A stretch of 63,068 nt of DNA, the filler included, from Coriobacteriales bacterium (GTDB lineage: Bacteria > Actinomycetota > Coriobacteriia > Coriobacteriales > UBA8131): the NCBI GenBank assembly GCA_031263105.1. It is 7 parts of 7 records of this genome, joined end to end, with 100 filler letters (N's around TTAATTAATTAA, not from the genome) between each part and the next. Parts side by side here need not be neighbours in the genome. Positions count along the whole stretch, not along the records: positions 24,934 to 31,309 come from JAISGJ010000191.1; positions 31,410 to 35,593 come from JAISGJ010000058.1; positions 35,694 to 49,612 come from JAISGJ010000175.1; 4 more parts are not named here. The stretch is one strand, 5' to 3'. Made by a program: the position numbers and the translations under genes. Below, one piece after another: positions 28,746 to 37,653 of the stretch; position 1 is the stretch's first letter; every line of letters starts with the position of its first letter. The notes under the pieces are model-generated. The model saw nothing but the letters and a program-made list of their open reading frames with translations. It searched no databases and was not told where the DNA came from.

Positions 28746-28879
28746 TCCGTGGAGGGTGTGAACGGTAACAAACTGTTTCCCCCGAGTAGCGGTTTTGCAA
28801 TTTCCCCAATCGCATCAAATCCAGCAATGGGTATAATAGGGAAGAATCCAGTACCGGAATTTTCCCAGAGGTGATCATC

Positions 28880-29998
28880 GTGCCGCAGCAGGTTCACATG
28901 AGAGTTGAAGACAAGGTCTATGAGGGTTTGAGCCGGATTTCCGAGGCCACGAACAAGCCGATACAGGACTGCATACGTGAGGCGATCATTTACTACATTC
29001 CTCGGGAGATGCCACCCCAAAAAGCGCCAAAGACCAAGTTCACTTTCATAGATCTGTTTGCGGGCATCGGCGGCATGCGTCTTGCATTTGAAGCCAACAA
29101 GGGCAGGTGCGTCTTCTCCAGTGAATGGGACAAGTACTGCCAGAAAACGTACTCGGTCAATTTCAACGAGGTGCCCGCTGGAGACATTACCGCCATAGCC
29201 GCAAAAGAGATCCCGGACCATGACATACTCGTTGCCGGGTTCCCCTGCCAGCCGTTTTCCATAGCAGGGGTATCCAAGAAGAACAGCCTTGGAAGAGAGA
29301 CGGGGTTTTTAGACAAGACGCAGGGCACGTTGTTTTTTGATGTGGCAAGGATAGTCAAAGCAAAGCGCCCCAAGGCGTTCTTGCTGGAAAACGTGAAGAA
29401 CCTCAAAAACCATGACAGGGGAAATACCTGGAGGGTCATACTGGCGACCCTGGAGGAGCTGGACTACGAGGTGTTCACGGCTGTTCTCGATGGGCAAAAC
29501 TACACGCCGCAACACAGGGAGCGCGTGCTGATAGTCGGTTTTGACAGAAAGCGCTATGGCGACGGCGTGTCCTTCTCGTTCCCTACGAGAAAGCCAAGAG
29601 CAAAGCCGAAAGTCTCGGATATCTTGGACGACGATGTAGAAGAACGCTATACGCTTTCCGACCATTTATGGCAGTACCTGCAGAACTACGCCGAGAAGCA
29701 CCGATCCAAGGGAAACGGCTTTGGCTTTGGGATGGCCGAGCTGGACGGTGTGACGAGGACCCTCAGCGCGAGGTATTACAAGGATGGCTCGGAAATCCTG
29801 ATTCCTCAGGGCGGCAGGAACCCGAGGCGGCTGACACCAAGGGAGTGTGCCAGGCTACAGGGGTTCGGCGACGATTTTGAGATTCCGGTGTCTGACACGC
29901 AGGCCTACAAGCAGTTTGGAAACTCAATAGTGGTCCCGTTGATAACTGCCGTAGGGAAGAGCATGGTCAAGACCTTGGAGGCCCTTGATGGACGATGA
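28880..29998 (+). CDS. C5-cytosine DNA methyltransferase (Dcm/M.EcoRII-like) with a small N-terminal DNA-binding domain
   Basis: FIDLFAGIGG, GFPCQPFS, ENVKNL, PQHRER, TLSARYYKDGSEIL, QAYKQFGNS. Confidence 0.95.
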   Translation: MPQQVHMRVEDKVYEGLSRISEATNKPIQDCIREAIIYYIPREMPPQKAPKTKFTFIDLFAGIGGMRLAFEANKGRCVFSSEWDKYCQKTYSVNFNEVPAGDITAIAAKEIPDHDILVAGFPCQPFSIAGVSKKNSLGRETGFLDKTQGTLFFDVARIVKAKRPKAFLLENVKNLKNHDRGNTWRVILATLEELDYEVFTAVLDGQNYTPQHRERVLIVGFDRKRYGDGVSFSFPTRKPRAKPKVSDILDDDVEERYTLSDHLWQYLQNYAEKHRSKGNGFGFGMAELDGVTRTLSARYYKDGSEILIPQGGRNPRRLTPRECARLQGFGDDFEIPVSDTQAYKQFGNSIVVPLITAVGKSMVKTLEALDGR

Positions 29999-31190
29999 AC
30001 ACGATACCGACGAGAATTGCGCCGCCCGTGCCATCAAGGCAGTTGGTAACGGGAAGCTCGCCTACTGCAAGTTTCTTTCAGCGAACGACACCGGTGACAC
30101 CGGTGGACACCAGGTTGGCATCTACGTGGCCAAGAACGCCCTGTCGATCCTATTCGAGTGTCCTGGCGAGCGCGGAGCCAATAAGGACAAGAGAGTTAAA
30201 GTCAAGTGGCAAAACGACTTCGAAACCGATTCGCGGTTCGTCTATTATGGCCAAGGAACAAGGAATGAGTATAGGATTACCAGATTCGGTAGAGGGTTTC
30301 CGTTCCTGACCACAGAGCATACCGGTGACTTGTTCGTGCTTGTCAAACGGGACAACGAGGATTATCTGGGCTATATCCTCAGCACCGAAGACGAAATAAA
30401 TGCCTTTTTGGAGTACTTCGGCATGAGTCCGGCAGATACCGGCAACGTCATTGAGCCGGGCGTTTTCGGCATCGAGGCGCACCTCGATCAAGCCATGCAG
30501 GAATTCATCGATGCTCTTACGGTCGATTTTCCAGAAACAAAAGAAATGGCTCTTGCTGCCCAGAACATTGAAGACGAGGTCTTTGGCCACACTGAGGATG
30601 CCCTTTTAAGGCCCGACGGCAAGTTGCTTGCATGGATTGAGACCGAGTACAGCCTTTTTCGAAAGCTTGAACAGGTGCGGTACGGCGGCGTAATTGCCGA
30701 AGGGTTCCCAAGTGTCGAGCAGTTCGTTGTTCTCGCAAACAGCATCCTGAACAAGAGGAAAAGTCGTGCCGGCAAGTCTCTGGAGCACCACTTGGCAAGA
30801 ATATTCGATTTCAATGCCCTCAGATACAGCGCGCAGCCAAGGACGGAAGGCACTAAGCGCCCGGATTTTCTGTTCCCCAGCGAGGCGGCATACCACGCGC
30901 CCAATTATCCATGTGAGAAATTGGTATTTCTTGCAGCTAAAACCACATGCAAAGACAGATGGAGGCAGGTTATCAACGAAGCGGATCGGTTTAAGGGTGG
31001 CGACCGCATGAAGCACCTCTTCACGCTTCAGCAGGGCATTTCCTCCCAGCAAATGGACGAAATGCAGGAAGAAGGGGTCGTGCTGGTTGTTCCGCAACCA
31101 TATATAGCATCCTATCCGGCCACGAAGCGCGAAAGAATATGGACATTGAAGAAGTTCGTTGGATATGCCAAAGAGCAAACGATCCCGTAG
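29988..31190 (+). CDS. EcoRII-like type IIE restriction endonuclease
   Basis: N-terminal KFLSANDTGDTGGHQVGIY effector-domain motif; RKSRAGKSLE, RPDFLFP, KTTCKDRWRQV. Confidence 0.92.
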   Translation: MDDEHDTDENCAARAIKAVGNGKLAYCKFLSANDTGDTGGHQVGIYVAKNALSILFECPGERGANKDKRVKVKWQNDFETDSRFVYYGQGTRNEYRITRFGRGFPFLTTEHTGDLFVLVKRDNEDYLGYILSTEDEINAFLEYFGMSPADTGNVIEPGVFGIEAHLDQAMQEFIDALTVDFPETKEMALAAQNIEDEVFGHTEDALLRPDGKLLAWIETEYSLFRKLEQVRYGGVIAEGFPSVEQFVVLANSILNKRKSRAGKSLEHHLARIFDFNALRYSAQPRTEGTKRPDFLFPSEAAYHAPNYPCEKLVFLAAKTTCKDRWRQVINEADRFKGGDRMKHLFTLQQGISSQQMDEMQEEGVVLVVPQPYIASYPATKRERIWTLKKFVGYAKEQTIP

Positions 31191-31409
31191 GCGTTGGCTG
31201 GATGGGAGCTCGGCAACATACACCAAAGCCTGATCGCGCCAGCAGTCAAGCTATCAGAAAAACGCATGGCTGTTACATCTTATATCAACAAGGGCGAACT
31301 TGCCTTCTGNNNNNNNNNNNNNNNNNNNNNNNNNNNNNNNNNNNNNNNNNNNNTTAATTAATTAANNNNNNNNNNNNNNNNNNNNNNNNNNNNNNNNNNN
31401 NNNNNNNNN

Positions 31410-31529
31410 CCGCAGCCGAAGGATCTTTGGTCGCAAAGCGACCAACTGCGGCCGGGAGACGCATCTGCCCGCAGTCGACCGCTTGCGCGGTCGAGGATTC
31501 CTCGGCAGGCTCGGAATGACAGTGGGGGG
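31410..31529. repeat. Repeat family 1 element (partial, at contig start)
   Basis: GTCGACCGCTTGCGCGGTCGAGGATTCCTCGGCAGGCTCGGAATGACAGTGGGG. Confidence 0.85.
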
Positions 31530-31608
31530 CATTGATCATCGTCTCCCTAGGGAGGCGACGACGTGCCCAGCCTTCCGGCACGTGCGCATGGACACCGCGC
31601 CTACGTGT

Positions 31609-33327
31609 CTACATCCGCTCCGGCGCGGTGACGCCGAGGAGGGTGAGCACAAGGGCCAGCACGGAGCGGGCGGCGTCGGCGAGGTACAGGCGTGCGCGGG
31701 TAAGCTCCGGGACGGCAGGGTCGATGATGTGGCAGCGGGTGTAGAACGAGTGGAAGCCCGTCGCCAGCTCTTCCGCGTAGCGCGTGAGGCGATAGGGGGC
31801 CAGGTCGTGCGCCGCCCCTTCGACGACCTCTCCGAACTGCGAGAACGTGCGAGCGAGCGCGAGCTCTGAAGGGTCTGCGAGCAGGCCGAGGTCGGCAGCA
31901 TCCAGCCCGAGGGGGTCGAGCGTGTCACCTGATACGTCCCCCTGGCACACGTCCCCCTGGCACACGGCCTCCCCGGCCTTGCGCAGGAGCGAGCAGATGC
32001 GGGCATGGGCGTACTGGACGTAGTAGACCGGATTGCTTGCATCCTGCTTCTTGGCGACCTCGATGTCGAAGTCGAGCGGCTGGTCGGTCGAGCGGTTGAG
32101 CATGAGGTACTTCGTCGCGTCGGCCCCCACCTCCTCGACCAGCTCCTCGAAGGTGACCATCTCGCCTGTGCGCTTCGACATGCGCACGGCCTCGCCGTCG
32201 CGAAACAGGTTCACAAGCTGGCCCAGCACGACATCGAAGCCGCCTCCATGACCGAGCGCCTCGCAGGCGGACCGCATGCGCGGGACGTAGCCGTGGTGGT
32301 CGGCGCCCCAGATATCGACGAGGAACTCGCTGCCCCGCTCGAATTTGCTTAAATGATAGGCGATATCGGGCGCGAAGTAGGTGTACGTGCCGTCGGCCTT
32401 GATGAGGACGCGGTCCTTGTCGTCCGAGAAGTCCGTCGTTCGAAACCAGGTGGCACCGTCCTTCTCATACAGATAGCCGCCCTCCTGCAAGGCTGCGAGC
32501 ATCCGCTCGATGGGGCTTGCGCCGTCCTCGCCCCTCTCGTACAGCGAGCGCTCGGAGAACCACACGTCGAACGGCACGCCGACACGCTCGCAGAGCTCCT
32601 GCATGCGCACGAGCATGGCCTCAAGGCCGCGTTCGCGGAAATGTGCGTCGCGCAGCGCCTCGTCCTCGTCCCTCCAGACGTCGCCCTCGTCGTCGAGGAT
32701 GTGTTGGGCGATGTCGCGCACGTAGGCGCCGCCATAGCTCGCCTCGGGCATGACGATGGGCACGCCGAGCAGTTCGAGGTAGCGCAGCGCCACGGAGTGC
32801 CCGAACACGTCCATCTGGTTGCCGGCGTCGTTGACGTAGAACTCGCGCGTGACCTTCCAGCCGGCATGCTCGCAGACGTTGCACATCGCGTTGCCGAGCG
32901 CTGCCCAACGTCCGTGCCCCACGTGCATGGGCCCGGTGGGATTGGCGGAGACGAACTCGATGTTGACGGTGCGCCCCTCCCCCACATCCGAGCGGGCAAA
33001 GTCCGCACCCTGCTCGCGCGCATCGCGCATGACCCGCTGAAGGGCCGCATTCGACAGGCGCAGGTTGATGAAGCCCGGCCCGGCGATCTCGACGGAGGCA
33101 ATCAGGTCGTTGTGTGGGATATGGGCGGCAACGACCTCGGCGATCTCGCGGGGATTGCGGCCGAGCTCCTTCGCGATGCGCAGCGCGACGGTGCACGCCC
33201 AATCGCCGTGCGACGGATCGCGCGGACGCTCGACCGTCGCCTCCGGCACATAGGGCAACGCGAGCTCGCCGCTGTGCACGGCAGCCGCAATCGCGTCCGC
33301 GACAACGGCTTCTATGGCATGACGCAT
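31609..33327 (-). CDS. argS: Arginine--tRNA ligase
   Basis: IAGPGFIN, EFVSANPTGPMHVGHGR, WGADHHGY, MSKRTG, YVQYAHARI, APERM C-terminus. Confidence 0.98.
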   Translation of the reverse strand: MRHAIEAVVADAIAAAVHSGELALPYVPEATVERPRDPSHGDWACTVALRIAKELGRNPREIAEVVAAHIPHNDLIASVEIAGPGFINLRLSNAALQRVMRDAREQGADFARSDVGEGRTVNIEFVSANPTGPMHVGHGRWAALGNAMCNVCEHAGWKVTREFYVNDAGNQMDVFGHSVALRYLELLGVPIVMPEASYGGAYVRDIAQHILDDEGDVWRDEDEALRDAHFRERGLEAMLVRMQELCERVGVPFDVWFSERSLYERGEDGASPIERMLAALQEGGYLYEKDGATWFRTTDFSDDKDRVLIKADGTYTYFAPDIAYHLSKFERGSEFLVDIWGADHHGYVPRMRSACEALGHGGGFDVVLGQLVNLFRDGEAVRMSKRTGEMVTFEELVEEVGADATKYLMLNRSTDQPLDFDIEVAKKQDASNPVYYVQYAHARICSLLRKAGEAVCQGDVCQGDVSGDTLDPLGLDAADLGLLADPSELALARTFSQFGEVVEGAAHDLAPYRLTRYAEELATGFHSFYTRCHIIDPAVPELTRARLYLADAARSVLALVLTLLGVTAPERM

Positions 33328-33503
33328 GGTTCTCTCCCTATACGTTCGATAGGCACGACGCGGTCAGGTGTCCCGGATTCCCAAGGTCAACATCAGGGGG
33401 TCACCGCCAGATATCCGATTCAGGATTCCAGAAGTCCAGATTATATCCCAAATGCAGCCCCATTCATGCGATAATGGGGGGCATAGAAACGAATGGAGGT
33501 TTT

Positions 33504-33947
33504 ATGCCGACCCTCGTATGGTTCTGGATATGGCTCATGCTCGCCGCCGCGCTCTATGTGGGCGAGATGTTGACGGCGACGTTCTTTCTGCTGCCCTTCG
33601 GAATCGGTGCGACATTTGCGCTCGCCGCGAATCTTCTCGGCTTGGATCTTGCGTTTCAGTGGATACTCTTCGTGGCCGCATCCATCGTCGCGCTCGTCGT
33701 GCTTCGCCCGCTCGTCAAACGCCTGACGGCCAACGCCGAGCAGACCAAGAGCGGCGTCGACCGGCTCATCGGCATGACCGGGCACATCATCGAGGGCAAC
33801 GCCCCCTCCGGCGAGAACCGCGCCCGTGTCGCCCGTGAGGTGTGGAACGTGAGCACCGAGGCAGGCGACCGACTGGCGGTTGACACCCCGGTCAAGGTGC
33901 TGCGCGTGGACGGCGTCCACCTCGTCGTGGAAGAAGTACTGCGTTAA
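33504..33947 (+). CDS. NfeD-like (short) membrane protein
   Basis: WLMLAAALYVGEMLT, LIGMTG, C-terminal OB-like VKVLRVDGVHLVV; upstream of an SPFH gene. Confidence 0.88.
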   Translation: MPTLVWFWIWLMLAAALYVGEMLTATFFLLPFGIGATFALAANLLGLDLAFQWILFVAASIVALVVLRPLVKRLTANAEQTKSGVDRLIGMTGHIIEGNAPSGENRARVAREVWNVSTEAGDRLAVDTPVKVLRVDGVHLVVEEVLR

Positions 33948-34022
33948 GCGCAACGCGTCGCGTCACACCGCAGGGCGTCACACCGCAGGAATCACCGCAG
34001 GAACACCAGAGAGAAGGGCACT

Positions 34023-34967
34023 ATGGACATCATCGAACTCTTGAATCCCGTGACCATCATCGGCATCGTCGTCGTCTTTGTGGTGCTGGTATATGCGCTC
34101 AGGTCGATCAGGATCATCCGCCCCTACGAGAAGGGCGTGCTGGAACGCCTCGGCAAGTTCCTGCGCGTCTGGGAGCCGGGCCTGCACCTCCTTATCCCCT
34201 TCCTCGACCGCGTGACCAAGGTGGACATGCGCGAGAACGTCGTCGACGTGCCGCCGCAGGAGGTCATCACGAAGGACAACGTCGCCGTGACCGTGGACGC
34301 CGTGGTGTACTACGAGGCCACCGACCCCTTTAAGCTCATCTACAACGTGACGAACTTCTACCTGGCGGCCACCAAGCTCGCGCAGACCAACCTGCGTAAC
34401 GTCGTCGGCGAGATGCAGCTCGACGAGTCGCTTACCAGCCGCGAGAAGATCACCATCACGCTGCGCGACATCCTGGACGAGGCGACCGACAAGTGGGGCG
34501 TGCGCGTCGTGCGCGTCGAGCTCCAGCGCATCGAGCCGCCGGCCGACGTGACCCAGGCCATGCACCGCCAGATGAAGGCCGAGCGCGACCGCCGCGCCAT
34601 GATCCTCGAGGCCGAAGGCGACAGATCCGCCGCCATCGCCCGCGCCGAGGGCACCAAGCAGAGCGCCATCCTCGAGGCCGAGGGCAAGGCGACCGCCATC
34701 AAGGAGATCGCAGACGCCGAGCGCTCCCAGAAGATCCTCCTCGCAGAGGGCGACGCCCAGGCGGTCCGCAACGTCTTCAGCGCCATCCACGACGGAGGCC
34801 CCACGCAAGACCTCATCACCATACGCTACCTCGACGCGCTGCAAAGCATCGCCGACGGCAACGCGACCAAGATATTCATGCCGCTCGAGATGCAGGGCCT
34901 CGCAACCGCCGCCGGCGCCTTCGGCGAGATGCTGGAAAGCACCCTGAAAGGCGACAAGCAGGCGTAG
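34023..34967 (+). CDS. SPFH/band-7 (stomatin/QmcA-like) protein
   Basis: [37 protein letters not shown]. Confidence 0.95.
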   Translation: MDIIELLNPVTIIGIVVVFVVLVYALRSIRIIRPYEKGVLERLGKFLRVWEPGLHLLIPFLDRVTKVDMRENVVDVPPQEVITKDNVAVTVDAVVYYEATDPFKLIYNVTNFYLAATKLAQTNLRNVVGEMQLDESLTSREKITITLRDILDEATDKWGVRVVRVELQRIEPPADVTQAMHRQMKAERDRRAMILEAEGDRSAAIARAEGTKQSAILEAEGKATAIKEIADAERSQKILLAEGDAQAVRNVFSAIHDGGPTQDLITIRYLDALQSIADGNATKIFMPLEMQGLATAAGAFGEMLESTLKGDKQA

Positions 34968-35143
34968 GGAGGACCCCCTGAAAGGCGACAAGCAGGCGTA
35001 GGGAGGACCCCCTGAAAGGCGACAAGCAGGCGTAGGGAGGACCCCCTGAAAGGCGACAAGCAGGCGTAGGGAGGACCGCGTCATCCCGGCCTCCGCCGCC
35101 GCCCCGGCCTCCGCCGCCGCCCCGGCCTCCGCCGCCGCCCCGG
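34942..35143 (+). repeat. Four exact 34-bp tandem copies of the SPFH 3' end, then three 18-bp GC-rich units
   Basis: CCCTGAAAGGCGACAAGCAGGCGTAGGGAGGACC starting at 34942, 34976, 35010, 35044; CCGGCCTCCGCCGCCGCC x3. Confidence 0.92.
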
Positions 35144-35145
35144 TC

Positions 35146-35320
35146 CCCCACTGTCATTCCGAGCCCCGCCGAGGAATCGTTGGACACGCAGTGTCCAACG
35201 GCAGGTCGGGGGGCCCTTCGACCTGCGGTCGACCGCTTGCGCGGTCGAGGATCCCTCGACAGGCTCGGGATGACAGTGGGGGCAGGCTCGGGATGACAGT
35301 GGGGTGTGAACAGTAACAGT
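35146..35320. repeat. Repeat family 1 element (inverted relative to the 28503 copy)
   Basis: CCCCACTGTCATTCCGAG...GCTCGGGATGACAGTGGGG with a duplicated right arm and GTGAACAGTAACA flank. Confidence 0.88.
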
Positions 35321-35400
35321 GGGTCGAGACAAGCGAACCGCTAGAAAAATTGCGCTTGCGCACCACCACCAAACGTGGTACCTTGTCTATTCGCACATAA

Positions 35401-35477
<77 letters not shown>

Positions 35478-35485
35478 TAAGAAAC

Positions 35486-35514
35486 CAAAAGCCCCCTCGT
35501 GGGGCTTTTGTTTT
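35486..35514 (+). terminator. Intrinsic terminator after tRNA-fMet
   Basis: CAAAAGCCCC-CTCGT-GGGGCTTTTG-TTTT. Confidence 0.8.
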
Positions 35515-35798
35515 CTTATCGCTGGTGGGACCGGAGTTGGGCCGAAGGTTCATTACCGGTGTATGCTTTGCAGACACCGGTAACAACGAGAGTNNNNNNN
35601 NNNNNNNNNNNNNNNNNNNNNNNNNNNNNNNNNNNNNTTAATTAATTAANNNNNNNNNNNNNNNNNNNNNNNNNNNNNNNNNNNNNNNNNNNNGCGCGCG
35701 GGGCGCCCCGGGGGGCCCGGGCGCCGGGGGGGGGGGGGGGGGGGGGGGGGCGTACAGTAACAGCCCCCCGCACAGCCTGCACTCCCTCAGCGCCGCCT

Positions 35799-37007
35799 TC
35801 AGTGCCTCTCGACGTCCGGCCTCAACGGCAGGATCCGCAGTCCTAGCAGCAGGAGCAGGACTCCGAGTGCCAGCACCCCGGCGACCACCCCGAGCTCCAG
35901 GGGCGCGGGGACGTAGACAAGCGCAGGGGCCATGGAGGCGAGGCCGGAACCTGCCTCGGTGAGCGCAGGGCCGGTGCTCACCGTCGCGTAGTCGATGTTG
36001 GGAATCTGGAAGCCGCCCACGAGCAGCTGGATGCGCTTGCAGAGGATGGCGAGGATGGAGAGAGCGGCGGCGGCGGCGGCAAACGGCGTGGTGCGGAGTC
36101 TCGGCACAAAGGCCACCAGCAGCGTGAACACGCCCACAATGACCTCGCTCCAGAAGAAGGGGGCCAACGGCCCTGCCGCAAGCAGGGACACCACCTCTGC
36201 GCCGGATGCCCCCGGGAAGCCCGAGGTCAGAAGGTCGCAGGCGAAGAAGTACAGGTCCACTGCCGTGAAGATGCCAAGGAACATTGCCATCTTGGAGACA
36301 TACTCCTGCCCCAGCTCAAGGTAGCCCGCCTTGCGCAGCGCGATGACGATGACGAGCACCAGCGCCAGGCCGGACACCAGGGCACTGGAGACGAACCAAG
36401 GCCCCAGGAGGGCGGTGTACCACAGCTCGTGGGCTTGCAAAAGCCCGAATATCCAGGCGGTCACGGTATGGACCATGACGGCGGCCACGAGTGCTATGGC
36501 CGCAAGCACACGCAAGGCCTTGGGCGAGCCCTTGCCTGCCTCCACCCTGAGCGTGGCCCACAGGTAGACTATCGAGACGATCAGATAGACGCTCAGCACG
36601 ACGATGTCCCACATCAGCGGGGAGGTCATGTTGGCGTAGGCGAACAGGTGCCAGACGCGCAATGGACCCCCCAGATCGACCACGACGAAGGCCACGGCCA
36701 GAACGGTGCAACAGATGGAGGCCCAGACCGCCACCTTGGAGATCGGCCCGAAGCCTTTGACCCCGAAGACCTTGGGGGCGGACGAGACGATAAGCCCGCC
36801 TGCGGACAGCCCCACGAACCACATGAAGCCGATGATATACAGCCCCCAGCTGTCCAGGTTGCGCATATTGGTGTTGACGAAACCGGCCGTGGACTGGAAC
36901 ACCCACAGCCCTATCCCCACAACAGCGATAACGGCCGCAACGACGATTGCCATAAGCTGCGCCTTGGAGCGGGAGGGCGCCTCTGTGCGTTGTATGCTCT
37001 CGGTCAT
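35799..37007 (-). CDS. NrfD/PsrC-family membrane subunit
   Basis: WGLYIIGFMWFVGLSAGG, DLGGPLR, SPLMWD, HTVTAWIF. Confidence 0.9.
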   Translation of the reverse strand: MTESIQRTEAPSRSKAQLMAIVVAAVIAVVGIGLWVFQSTAGFVNTNMRNLDSWGLYIIGFMWFVGLSAGGLIVSSAPKVFGVKGFGPISKVAVWASICCTVLAVAFVVVDLGGPLRVWHLFAYANMTSPLMWDIVVLSVYLIVSIVYLWATLRVEAGKGSPKALRVLAAIALVAAVMVHTVTAWIFGLLQAHELWYTALLGPWFVSSALVSGLALVLVIVIALRKAGYLELGQEYVSKMAMFLGIFTAVDLYFFACDLLTSGFPGASGAEVVSLLAAGPLAPFFWSEVIVGVFTLLVAFVPRLRTTPFAAAAAALSILAILCKRIQLLVGGFQIPNIDYATVSTGPALTEAGSGLASMAPALVYVPAPLELGVVAGVLALGVLLLLLGLRILPLRPDVERH

Positions 37008-37021
37008 GTGTGTCTCCTCCC

Positions 37022-37651
37022 TCATACCAAATAGTAGACGGACGGGCTGGTGCCCTCTTCGGGCAGAAGCTGCTTGTACTCACGGGCAGCGATGAGCCCG
37101 GAGACCTCGGAGACGGGATCGCTGAAGTCGCCGAAGTGTCGGGCGTAGGCAGGGCAGGCCGTAACGCAGGACGGAAGCTCCCCCTCGATCAGCCGGTGCT
37201 CGCAAAGGACGCATTTTTCCACCACGTGCTTTTGATGCAAGGGAACCTGTGCGCCTCCCAAGGTGGTGTCTATCGAGTACTTCGGTTCCTCCCAGTTAAA
37301 GCTCCTGACCCCTGTGTAGGGACAGGCGGCGATGCACATACGACAGCCTATGCACCTGTCGTAGTCCTGGTGGACGATACCGGTCTCCTCGTCTTTCGTG
37401 GTGGCGCCCACAGGACAGACGCGCGTGCAGGCAGGGTTCTCGCAGTGTTGGCAGGATACGGTGAGGTAGAGCTTTGTGGCGTTCGGATACGTGCCGGCGC
37501 TCGTATCGATCGCCTCGCCGCCCACCGTCATGACGCGGTTCCAAAACGTGCCGTCAGGTAGGTTGTTCTCGGCTTTGCATGCAAGGGCACAGGTATGACA
37601 GCCCATGCAGCGCTTGGTGTCCACTACCAGTCCCAGGCGTTTTGCAGCCAT
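37022..37651 (-). CDS. NrfC/PsrB-like 4Fe-4S subunit
   Basis: RCMGCHTCALACKAEN, CQHCENPAC, CIGCRMCIAACPY, KCVLC. Confidence 0.92.
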   Translation of the reverse strand: MAAKRLGLVVDTKRCMGCHTCALACKAENNLPDGTFWNRVMTVGGEAIDTSAGTYPNATKLYLTVSCQHCENPACTRVCPVGATTKDEETGIVHQDYDRCIGCRMCIAACPYTGVRSFNWEEPKYSIDTTLGGAQVPLHQKHVVEKCVLCEHRLIEGELPSCVTACPAYARHFGDFSDPVSEVSGLIAAREYKQLLPEEGTSPSVYYLV

Positions 37652-37653
37652 GG

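Noticed and set aside
34942..35077. 34-bp repeats as CRISPR direct repeats
   Set aside because: No spacers; a pure tandem duplication of a gene end
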